DNA of 64,000 bases from Ramazzottius varieornatus (Eukaryota; Animalia; Tardigrada), in NCBI GenBank assembly GCA_001949185.1, contig BDGG01000002.1, forward strand, positions 7,306,448 through 7,370,447, in the 5' to 3' direction. The notes below the pieces were generated by a model. It saw nothing but the letters and a program-made list of their open reading frames with translations. It was not told the origin of the DNA and searched no databases. Positions 10,859 through 22,134 of this stretch are shown here, in pieces. Both the position numbers and the translations under genes were made by a program. Numbering within the stretch: the stretch's first letter is position 1; each line of letters starts with the position of its first letter.

Positions 10859-12690
10859 TTGATGAGGGTAGCCATTCCGAACTGCTCCAAGCTTGCCTTC
10901 GAGTTTGAAGCTATGATCGGATTCCTTTACGCTGACATAACTCCCTTCATTGACGATTATTTCGGAGCTGCGACATTCTTCGAACTCCTCCAGTTCGTCA
11001 TGCAATACGGCGTTCTGGAAGACTGGTACGGACTGGAACGGTCCTCAATGTGCAGAGAAGAGATTTCGCGCTACTTAAAAAGAATGGCGAATCCGAAGCA
11101 TTAGGCATCTTGGTGCAGGTATGCTCTTCGAAGTTCGACGTCTAGGATTACGGTGATTATGGTAATCAGCGTACCAGAGGCTCGGTTAAATTGCAGCCTG
11201 CAAGCCCGTAGTCTTTTTTATTTTCATAGGCTTACGGAATGGATGTGGAAGAAGTCAAAGCCAAAGCCACGACGCAGCATTGTCTGTGATCGAAAGATGT
11301 CCGTTGCAGGTCGTCGAACAAAAGGATCTTTCGAGCGCTGGCCGAGACTAATGGAAGAACTTCTAGAGAGATCCGAGCGGTCAATCAAATGCAGAAATTG
11401 ATACGAGTATGTGGACTGGAAATGATCGCTGGTGCACGTCTCCAGCTGAAACCCGTTGCAAATCGGAAAGATTCGCCCTTAACACCCTGACTACCACCGT
11501 ACTCACTGTGAGTACAATACGACACTTTTTCGCTCCCCATAATTTCCATTTTGCCCGGTTTGAATCAAACTTTTTTTCCTTGCCTGGTCTGCGGTATTAT
11601 CACCAAAACGCAGCTGATGGCCACTGGTCAGTACAACTTCCGCAGGCTGGAAAAGATCCTTGCGATTTCGGGCAGTTTCAGGGGTATATTAGGTTTCCTG
11701 TCTCTGCTCGAGATATATACCTACCATCTGTTTAGAAAAAAAATTTAAACACTAAGGAGAGCTTCCTCTACCGATACTAGGCTTGGGACAAACTTGGTGT
11801 CATCGGTGCGTCCAGAAAAAAATCAAAACGGTCGGGTCTACTTTTCCCACATTGGCCTTTACGGCCTGCCAATCTCCGCAATTTCGAAATTCTGAAAGGT
11901 AGTCTATTGGTTAATTTGGGTTACGCCTTCCCCTTTCTTCCAGTTAAAGTTCTGTGCTCACACTGAGTACGCTGGTAATCTGCCGACACAAAAAGCTTGG
12001 TATTCAGGGTGTTAAAACTTTTTGCGAGTTTTGACTCAATAATTTTCCGCCATTCGTTTCGGTCTGATTACCGCGGCAAAGTGCGGCAAATGGAATCTGT
12101 GGTGCAGTTTGACTTGATGTCACAATAGTGACATCCGAAGCCAAAACACTTTAGACACATCCTCATATGGAGATACCCATACGATATTGTGAAAGTGTAA
12201 TTACACACTATTTGGGAGCTCTGCAAACAGAACGTTCGAGATCACTTTCTCAACATAAGCACCTGTCCATTGTTACTGGCTGGAACTGTGCGCCATTCAA
12301 AATAACGATCTTGTACTCCCTGTCTGTCCAGCTCCCATTTATTCTTTTGTGCTGCCAGACATCACTTTATGTCCACCACGTTCCCGGTAACGTTCCCGGT
12401 AAAGTCCACAGATAGGCCGTGTGCGTTTTACCGGAGGAAGAAGTGAGCTTAGCGCCAAAATCGTTGAAAAGAATGAAACTGGATTGGGCCATTGAAACAG
12501 CGATTGGGTCTCTGCTCAGCTACATTCGTTTTCCGTTACTGACTCCTGCCCAGATGCTCCACGGACCGACGAGGGTGAATCAGGTTTTTAGCTTATTAAA
12601 CATGATTCGGGGTACGATTTATAAAGAACGGTAAGTTTGCAGGATCGTATTTTCACTGAAGGCGAAACATCCCGTCTTTACGAAAAAAAG
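10859..12690 (+). pseudogene. Decayed BTB-BACK domain gene (BTBD1/2/3/6-like), interrupted by a piggyBac-type MITE
   Basis: VAIPNCSKLAFEFEAMIGFLYAD..FELLQFVMQYGV (BTB C-terminal half); ALSVIERCPLQVVEQKDL../LMEELLERSE (BACK-like, frameshifted); LLSYIRFPLLTPAQMLHGPTR|DRIFTEGE (IRFPL motif). In-frame stops present, e.g. at 11102. Confidence 0.6.
11483..12011. mobile_element. 529-bp non-autonomous piggyBac-type element (MITE), copy 1
   Basis: Flanked by TTAA at 11479-11482 and 12012-12015. TIRs CACCCTGACTACCA / TGGTATTCAGGGTG, plus an asymmetric internal inverted repeat. Near-identical to 54001-54529. Confidence 0.92.
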
Positions 12691-13341
12691 TCCGTGGAGG
12701 TCTTCCTGTGGTTTTCTCTGCGAACATGGTATCTTTTTCTTCTCATCGACAGTGTAAAGAGAAAGAGCGAGTTGGTCGCTTGACGATTCAGATGCTGGTC
12801 ACGGGCGCAATCGTCCAGAAAATGTACGTCGTACCCGACAACAAGGCTTGTCCCGAAACATCGCTTCGTGGAGCCATGCCGCGTAGGTTACCGGTTCACC
12901 GTCAGGTTCCGGCCGCGGAAACCAGAACAACTCCACTTGTGAGACAGAGTAATTATTTACGATGACGAAGAAGCAGAAATGAAGTCAACTCGCTGTTCGG
13001 CGTGACTAGACTTCAGTCTCAGCTTCCCTGTACGATTCTAATGTTTTCCTCTGGCTACATTCTTTTTTCCTAACTGGTGTTCTAACTGGTGCTCAAACGA
13101 TTTTCTGTGAGCGCAGTCAGCTTCTCTTGCGCTATATGCTTATCTGAGTATATCCGTACAGTGTTAAAAATCTAATACAGTTATTTTTTCATTGTTAGTT
13201 ATCGATATCAAAATCACAAACCAGTCAGTGAATCATGAAAGAAATCAATGGGGGTATATCCCGTGAACGGAAACGTAACTTGGTATAATACTTATGATTT
13301 TGTGTCATATCTTTGTCCGCCAAGAAGAAGTCGTCTTGGTT

Positions 13342-15468
13342 CTATGCCTCGTCCCTGCTAATTCGAGTGTAGTTTCTGGAAGCTACTCTGTCTCCAGAGA
13401 TATAAGTAGCCTTGTATCCGTCCGGGGTGAATGTGCCTTCAACAGAAACCAGTTACTTTCATATTAAATATTTTGAACAGCCCAAGAGTTAAGCGGGAGA
13501 CGGTCAAGAATCGTACCAACAATATCGAGCTTTCGCGGCCCGTCCTGTAGGCCTTCCCATACAGTCCGAAGAACTGGGTGGACATCTTCCAGAAACAGGT
13601 GCGTATACTGTGAACATGCAAATTTGGTAGAATCCGCGAGGGAAAGCGCACTACCTCAAGCAGTGGTATTAACATACGAACCTCGACATCACGTCCTTCT
13701 ACAGACTGGGTCATTTTCTGACCCAGGACAAAAGGAAAGTCGATGGACGAGTTATCTCCTCCTTTGAAGTTTCTTTGTACGTAGGTATGGTCTGGAGTTT
13801 CGGCGATTTCAACCGTGATATCCTCTGCCAAGTTAGCCAGTTCTACCAAAATTAAAACTTGGCATTTAAAACAAATTCGACGAGATCGTTCTCCTAAGTG
13901 GCGCACGCTTCTGGCCAAAACTACCGACGACTTGCGCCACTTGGGGGAACGATCTGGTAGAGCGTTATTGCCGGGCTCCCATTTAGATGCCGAAAGTAAT
14001 CGTGCTGCAGGAAAAATAAAAACTTTTCGATCTTACTGATATCTTTCGCGAAGGCTGTGAACTGGTCTGTGCTAGGAGTACTTTTGAATTTCGCCAAAAC
14101 AGTGGAAGGAAGCATCCGGCGGTAGAATCTTTTAATCTCGGTGCCGCCGCTTTTGTAAACCTGACGAAAGAAAGGGAGTAATAGTATGAGGAGTTTCGGA
14201 TAACACCGGAAATACTGTACGCACCACCACCACGCCGGTCTGGTTAAAGGTCGCCACGGAACTGATGTTTTTATCGGTCCCCACTACGTTAGTGGTTTGA
14301 TAAAGAACCGTTCTTGGGCCATGCGGGTACTCGTACTTGTAAGTAATGGACAGATTGCCGGAACTGGCGTTCTCAGTGCGACCGTCCAGATGGAAAGGAT
14401 ACACAGTAGAGGTCCCGGACTGCAGGGTGACACGGTTGTAGTGAGTGTTGTTACCGTCCCGGTAAAACTGAATTTTCGCGATGTCGTCCACATGATGACA
14501 AAACTCTGCAGCATCCACTATAACCAACAAAGTTTTCGACGGTACGTTTGACGAAGCCACATTACCATTTGCTTCTTCTTCGGGAGCCACAAGTTCCGGA
14601 ACGGGCTCGTACGTTCCGTCAACGAAAATCGGGAGGATTCTTTTGTAATACCTAAAGGCTTCTCTTCCTGCTGACCTATAAGTCTAAAATATCAAACGTC
14701 AGATTTCGCTCGCAATACTGCAGTTCCTGAAAACGGTAGCAGTCCGGGAGTTAATTTGGTTCGTTGGCGCAGTTCGATGTACATACTTACCTTAGTGAGA
14801 CTCTTTCCGTCGAATACGCAGGTTACGGTGAAAGATCCTCTTTCTGTAACAAACTCGGCGACCAAAGTCGTAGTATTCGAGGTGGCGTCGTGGTCAGTGA
14901 TTTTGTACACGTACTGGATCGGTGAAAAAGATTACTCGATCGAAGTCCACAATGATTAGTACATAACACTGGCTAATGCGTTCTTCCGTACCTCCACAGG
15001 GACACTTCGGAAGGTTATGTTTCCCTTCTCGTTGAGCTTGAACAGGAACCCGAAGGAGTATACTGAATCTACCACGTACCTCACAGCATATTCATCCTCG
15101 AGTTTCCCGATCCACATCCGCGTATTCGACTGCCAACTGACACTATCCGGCAAAGCTACCAACATGGCAAGAAGTTCGATCGATCAGTCGATGAAAGGAG
15201 GCGTGTTTGATAGTTCTTACGAAAAAGAGAAGATAGTTCCGCGAAATTCCTTTCTCTTGAGGGGTCGTTGACGTAAGTACCGTAAACCGTTTCCGGGAGC
15301 TCAGTAAAATTACTTTCCGCTTGTAGAGCGACGAGCTGCTCAAAGATTCCTGTGAACACTGCAACAACCTTTCACCATCGATAAAAGTAACAGTGGCGGA
15401 ACAAACTTTTTCAAAAGTTGTAATTTATTCATACCGACGAATGCAATCATCCAGCTGCGAACGGCCAT
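13342..15468 (-). CDS. Secreted protein with three tandem SAHS/FABP-like beta-barrel domains; 10 exons, 446 aa
   Basis: Exons 15468-15435, 15358-15221, 15155-14992, 14913-14791, 14683-14566, 14517-14225, 14160-14037, 13842-13682, 13607-13517, 13436-13342. All introns are GT-AG and the exons give one open frame of 1341 nt. Signal peptide MAVRSWMIAFVVFTGIFEQLVALQA. Domain ends TYRSAGREAFRYYKR, VYKSGGTEIKRFYRR and TYISGDRVASRNYTR resemble the SAHS C-terminal motif (TYKVGDVTAKRWYKK). FKLNEKG matches SAHS FKLNEEG. Confidence 0.82.
13883..13955. repeat. Palindromic element family A, copy in an intron of the SAHS-like gene
   Basis: AGATCGTTCTCCTAAGTGGCGCA-loop-TGCGCCACTTGGGGGAACGATCT. Confidence 0.85.
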
Positions 15469-15673
15469 CGTGAGTTGCGGAAGAGGACTGGGACGAAACA
15501 GCAACCTCCTCCGCCACAGTACCAGGACTGAAAAGGGTAAAGGAGAGCAACCTTACTTTTCGACATCCTATCAGACCATCTTCGTTCAAAGTTCAAACTG
15601 CAATCTTCGGCACGTGCCAAGATGACCGGTTCCAGGAAAAAGCGTACAGTATTACAACGACGACAGAGTGCTT

Positions 15674-16993
15674 CTACAACAGCATATCTGCAAAATAATC
15701 ATCGAAGTCTTTCACCCGCGTCCTCTCTTCAACAACCGGAACAGCCGGCTTCCCCCATATCACTTTTTCCTCTTCTCTGACTTCTTCTGCGCTAGCAGCC
15801 GCCGATGGATCAGGATTCAGTTCCTCTCTGCTACTTGTTGTTAGTGCTGAGACCGACGCCCGGCTGGATTCAGGCTCGAGTTTCACCACCAGGGACCTCT
15901 TGCTTTCTTTGTGGCGACCCGTGTAGTTCAGCTTGCCGGAACACTCAGGGCAGAGTCCTTCAAAGAAAGAATAAGGAATGGTTCAAATGCAGCCACGAAA
16001 GTGCTTGCGACGACGAAAGACTTACGAAGCTTAACCAGCGCGTTTTTCTTAATGTCCTTCTCCATATATCCGAAATTCACCTCCCAGCTTTTTAGATTGT
16101 CTTTCTTGTCACATTTTTTGGAACCGCAAATGAACTGACCTGTAACGTAACGGGTAACGGGTTATTCCATTCATAGCACGGCTAAACTGTTTCACCACTA
16201 ATCAACAGCTACACGAATATTACCTTTTCCCTCAATAACTTCCTTTTCTGTCCGCCATCTCATCCCGATCTTTTTCTGCTTATAGCCACCTAGGTCAGCT
16301 ATGCAATATTCTTTGAACAACTTATTGTAGTATTTCTTCGCGAGCTGCTGCTCCCATGTTCCAGTCTGATCCTCCTCGTCCTCCCACACGAAACGGTGAT
16401 TCTGTCTTATGACATCGAGGTCTGTGCGATCGCGGCTCCTGAAACAGTCCAAACATCAGCCATGGATGGCATGATCACTGCTACATATACGCACAATGGT
16501 AAGCTACCTACTTACGTATCTCGTGCAAGTAGCTTCGTCGATCCGGTCGTCGTCAGAAGGTACTCATTGACCAGCTTTTTATGTCTCGTAAAGGCATCGA
16601 GGCCGGACAAGTGGAATCCATATATCTCCCTTCGATCCCTAAAGCGGAAAATTAACGTAACAGCTTCCCACAGGGAAATACTCATGAGTCATGACAAAGA
16701 CAAGGAGAGAAGAACATACGTACCTGTCTATGGCCTCCCTAAAATCCGTTGGATCGCTCAACCTAGGCCGCTTGTTTCCAGTTTGCTGGGAGGGATCTGG
16801 ACGAGGCACAGTCTTCTGCGTCAGATCATGTCGTCGCTTCCTAGGAGAAACACAGTAACTGGTGAACCGAAGGTAGTCGGCTAGCAATGTTGCCCACATG
16901 TAACTTGCGAAGGAGACTCTGTGACACTGTGTGGGCTCACCTCTTTGTCTCCGCTTCAGAGTCGTACTCAAACTCCGACGAATACTCCGCCAT
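15674..16993 (-). CDS. FRA10AC1: Protein FRA10AC1 homolog (spliceosome-associated)
   Basis: DRTDLDVIRQNHRFVWEDE..WEQQLAKKYYNKLFKEYCIADL..KIGMRWRTEKEVIEGKG|QFICG..EVNFGYMEKDIKKNALVKLR; C-terminus DFDDYFADMLL*. Confidence 0.93.
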
Positions 16994-17623
16994 CCGTATC
17001 CAGAAGATCAAACGGAAGCGTCTATGGTCCTCCAGATTCCAGAAATCTTTAAGAGGAATTAAACTCTTCAAAGAAACTAAAACTGATAGATTTGTTTACA
17101 CTCAATCAATGAAAGCTCAATCAACCCATTGAACAGTCACAACATGACAACATGACAACTGGACTGTGGTCGCATCCGAGTCTAACTTAGTTCGGGTTTA
17201 ATCCAAGAATCGAGATCTATCATTCATCTAATCATCTTCACGAGGCAGACTTCCCCGTTTACAGTTTCGGGAACTTCGACGGTTTATAATCCATCTGCAA
17301 TATCTCTTTTGCCTGGAGGTGCTTCGCAGAGGCACTTCGGAAATGGATAACGGAGGGCTCGCGATTTGAAGCTTGTGCTGTCGCTGGAGTAGCTGCAGGT
17401 ATGACATGATTCATGAACCGGAACTTATTAAGATCAATAGTTTAATTAAACTCTTGTTACTCTTCTTGCAGCCTGAATTATGAACTACAGTATCAGGGGC
17501 GCCAATTTTTCTTGGGATCACAGAGGAAAATCAAAAGCAACGTAGCACGTCGAGAATAATTTCTTGTCAAATTCTAACTAGTCCGAAGCAGCAGAACTAA
17601 AATCAGACTAAGACTACGGAAAG

Positions 17624-20600
17624 CTACTCTGATGGATGGGTGACAGTCATACGAGGAGCAATATTCATACTAATGAGTTCTTGGAACAGCAGCTTACATG
17701 CATAAGGCATTCTCACAGTCGACACCGATCCCGGTTTCCGGCAGGATGAGCACTCTTCTTTCCACGTGAACAGTCCACACTGGTCACACACCAGTACCTC
17801 ACATTCATCACTAGCCAACATTAGTCGCTCATTCAGCAAGGAAGACACACCGTGAGCAATCATACAATCCCTCTCCATTTCCCCCATGCGAAGACCTCCG
17901 TCGTGAGCGCGACCTTCCGTGGGCTGACGAGTTAGCGTCTGTCTCGGACCTTTCGCTCGCGCGTGGATCTTATCAATGACCATGTGCTTCAGTCTCTGAT
18001 AGAAGAATGGGCCTATAAAAATATACGCTTCTAGAATCTTCCCTGTCACACCGTCTATCATGATCTCTTTTCCCGACTTGTCATATCCGTTGTCCTCCAG
18101 AATCTTCATCATCTCTTCCAGCCGGTCTTCTCCAAACGCCGATCCGTCAAAGACTTTTCCCAGGAGTGCGCCGGCTTTGCTACCCATCAGCTCGCGAAGC
18201 AGGCCTACCGTCATACGACTAGGGATACCGTGAGGATTCATAATGACATCTGGTCGGATACCGTCCATTGTGAACGGCATGTCTTCTTCCGGAACGATCA
18301 GCCCGCAGACACCTTTCTGACCATGTCGACTGCTGAACTTATCACCTGAAAAATAAGAGACAAAAGCGAAGTTTTTCTTCTAGACAATGGTCTTACTTTT
18401 ATCGGAAATGGAAGGCCGGTAAAGAAAGCGTAGTGCAAGATTGTCATCTTAAGCGGCGCACCCTTCTGCCAATAACAATTGAAAAGTGCGCAACTTGAGA
18501 TGAAGATCTTGCACGTTTCGTCTGTCTTTAATACGGTTACACACTAAGTCTTACCTATTTCGGGTATACGTGTCTGTGAAGTTCGAACTTTGATCAGTTG
18601 TTCTCTTTCAAACTGCGAGATCATGATTTTATCCACATGACAGGGATTCACTTCCTGGAACCTCAACGGGTCCGGTTTATCCACCACCAGTGGTCGACTC
18701 ATGACACTTCCGGGTGACTGCACCGTCAAGTCCGTCGTCTGTTGAGCGCCCACCGGCACGTACTTATTCACCAGAATATCCCCCTTCTCCACGTTATACC
18801 CCACCCCGATCATCCCATCTGTGTCCAGTTTCTCTTCTTGCGGATACACCAGCCCCGTCATGGGGTTGACTCTCGCCGGGAACAGCGTCTCTTTCTCCCC
18901 AGCTGAGTTCGCTTTGACACTCGTCTGCAACTTCCTGTACACCGTAGCTCGTTGATAACCTCGTTCCAACGACGCCTTATTCAAGATCAGTGCATCTTCG
19001 ATATCGTAGGACGTGTACGACATCATGGCCACGATCGCGTTCTGACCAGCGGGTAGCTGGTCAAAGCTTGTGATACCAAAGCTCTTCGACTGTACTAATG
19101 GTCTCTGAGGGTTCCACGACACTTGTAAAACTGTATCAATACGATTAGTCTGGTTCGTGGCAATGGCGCCTATGGCTTGTTTGCCCATAGCGCATTGGTA
19201 TGTGTTACGGGGACTCTGGTTGTGATGAGGGAAGGGAATGGTGCCTGCTACAACACCGAGGATAGAGAACGGCGCGATCTCCATGTGGGTGGTGTCGGGT
19301 GTGAGTTCGCTTTCGTCGAGTGCTATGAGACTATCGTTCAGCTCGTTCACGTCTAGGTACTCGATGAAACCGACTTGGACCAGATCGTCGAAGCCGACCA
19401 AGTTGTCGCGGACTGCGTCGACGTGCTTCTGTTCTATCGGAAGCTGTCCGTGTTCCACTACGAAGTACGGACGCGTCATTCGACCGCCGTCTGTTGAGAA
19501 TGTCACCGTTCGATGCAAGTCGCTGCAAAAAGAGAGGGTAAAAAACAGAATATTATGGATATCAAAACTCAGGCAGCCAGGTTAAATTAGATATTGATAC
19601 CTGACAGCAGCGGAGATAAACTTGTCGATCTTGCCAATCCTCCTCGCTTGTCTGACAAGTTTGGCGCTTTCCAGAGCGTCTTTCGTATACCCAAAGATAC
19701 TGCCATTGACGAAGACCGTATAGACTTCTCCAGGTGGGTACGTCCACGGCGTCGTACAGACTTCGTGCGCCGCTTTGGTTGTGACGCAAGTCAGGAGCTT
19801 TCGTACTTGGTCTTCGGGAGATTCTTCAGTGAGGTCGCACATCAGCGCCAAGTTCTTCGTCAGCCCACAACCCTCTCCTTCCGGCGTGTCGGACGGGCAG
19901 ACGATACCGTACTGACTGGCCTGGATGGAACGCGGTCCGCTGACTTTGCGACTCTTCTCAAACTGACTTTGAAGCCGAGACATCATGCCCACTGCGGAAA
20001 CGTAGGATAGTCGGACCAGGACTTGCGCTACCCCAACCCTGTTCACCTTGAACCGACGAATGTTGAGGTTGCCCGTGTCCAGGAAGTAGTTGAAACCGTG
20101 CGTCACCTGGAAAAAATACGGATAAAAATCCGCAATCTTCAAAATTAGCAATCCTAAACTCACAAACTTTACAAACATGTTAACGAGCCGAAGGGAGCAT
20201 TCACCTTGTCTTGACGAATGTGAGCAGTCGGATCAAACTGGCTTGTTCTTGCGCGAGCTTTGAGGTGCTTATCCGCGCGAGTTTTCAGTTCGGTATTTAG
20301 CGACTTAATCACATCTTCAAAGACCAGCGATAAAATATTCCCGGCTAACTGTAAGCGCTTCACGCCGAAGTGGTCTCTGTCATCCAGCATTTTCGGGTCT
20401 TTCTCCACGAGGATGCACCTTCGGATCATGTAACTCAAGAAGGCTGCTTTATCATCGAAGTTACCGTTCTTGACCGGGACATGACTGAGGAAGGAGCCTA
20501 GCAAGATCTGTGTAACTTCCGCAGTCTTTGGCCGTTTATATCCACCCCAACTTGTGATACCGGTCTTCAGGCGAGCAGCGAGATACAGCAAAGCTTCTTC

Positions 20601-21609
20601 TTTCTTACTTATGTTAAGGCACAGGAACTCGTCGACGGACAAGGTGAATTTCTCTAACGTCGAGTGCTCCCTTCCAATCCAACCTAGTGCCATGTCGAGG
20701 TAGTGGATGCCCATCGCCGCGAATATTACCAGGACGGAAATGTCCTCTTTGAACATGCTGAAACGAACGTAGTAGCATCCGTGCTTCTTTGCGACAGTTG
20801 TCCGAGTCTTGTGGTCGTGCGAGAAACTGACAACGAAACATGTGAGCTGCAATGGAGAAACACCCGTTGGTCCAAGACAAAACAAGGCAAAGCACATGAA
20901 TCGGACACCCAGAGACTCAAAGCCCATGACGTTCACCGCAGTGACGTATACAGGTGCAGCCTAGGGGTGGCCGACTTCCTAGGGGTGACCAAGGACCAGT
21001 CAACTTCCTTGCTGGACATAAAAGAATAAGGTTAACTGGTACCTCTTTCTTCGTGTTAAACTCGCAAACTGTCCGATTCTTCATCATCTGTTCTTGCATC
21101 AGCACGACTTTCTCCGTTCCTCTCGCAATGAAGTATCCTCCCGGATCAAGTGGACACTCTTTCGACCTGACGAGCTCTTCGTCCGACCTTCCAGACAGCG
21201 TGCACAGCTGACTTCTCAGCATCACAGGCATCCGTCCGATCATCACATCCGTCTTCCGCTGCACCGAACTGTTTTGCATGTATCGCATGTTGACCAGGAT
21301 GGGTGCGGAATAAGTCAGATTACGCAGCCGGCATTCATTCGGTGTAGTCATGTGCGTCTGTCCCAGTCCATCGTCCACTTGTGGAGCTCCTATTCGGATG
21401 CTCTCGTACTCTAGGAACCAGCTGTTATCTGCATCACTGGTGACGCGCTTGTTGGCTTCGAGGATTTTGGGCATCTCCACGTTAATGAAGTTGTTGTACG
21501 AGTCAATGTGCAGCTTTTCCAGGCCATGATTCCGCAGGAAGTCCTTCACTATCACCCACGTAGCCTTGATCTTCTTCGGCTTCAGCTGCTGGCAATCCTC
21601 CATACCCAT
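17624..21609 (-). CDS. POLR3B: RNA polymerase III second-largest subunit (RPC2)
   Basis: [119 protein letters not shown]; the motifs are Pol III-type. Confidence 0.93.
18433..18514. repeat. Palindromic element family A, copy in a POLR3B intron
   Basis: GTGCAAGATTGTCATCTTAAGCGGCGCAC-loop-GTGCGCAACTTGAGATGAAGATCTTGCAC. Confidence 0.8.
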
Positions 21610-22134
21610 ACACAACAATTTCGCTAAGTTGCTGGGTCGGTTAGTAAAGTATCATCATTCATCAGTTCCTCAACATGATGCGAACTGCTGATGAAAGATT
21701 CGACGAAAATAAAATTAAAGTCAAATGGATAACGCCGTCGTGACGATAGGAAGCTTGCGTTACGGACCATTTGCGGCTCGACCTGGCACCCCCACGTTTC
21801 TAAATTCTAATATGCGCAGCAGTGTGAATTGATTCGTTGATCACTAGACCTTTGGAACTGTTTGCGTGGTCGTACGGTGTTTTTGCTTGGGATCGAGCAA
21901 CCAACTTGCCATCTCAAGCAGACCGAAAATCGTGCTCCGCTTCTTCTCGTTCTTCTCAGAGGTTGATCGCCGCCACCGGGCTGGTCTCTGCTCCTTGTAA
22001 ACGGCTCCGTATAGTCGGAAGGGAAACATATCGCTGATTTCGTTGAGCTTGTATGGACTAGACTTGTGGGTTACGCAAAGTTAGGGACATCAACGTGCCG
22101 ACCTGTTTGTTTGGCTACCGGAAGTCGAATCATC

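Noticed and set aside
11409-11748. Duplicated ORFs (108/65 aa here, 92/65 aa at 53975-54266)
   Set aside because: They start in unrelated flanks or lie within the non-coding MITE, and show no transposase motifs.
20848-21041. POLR3B intron with a CCTAGGGGTGRCC direct repeat; possible snoRNA
   Set aside because: No convincing C/D or H/ACA box arrangement could be identified.
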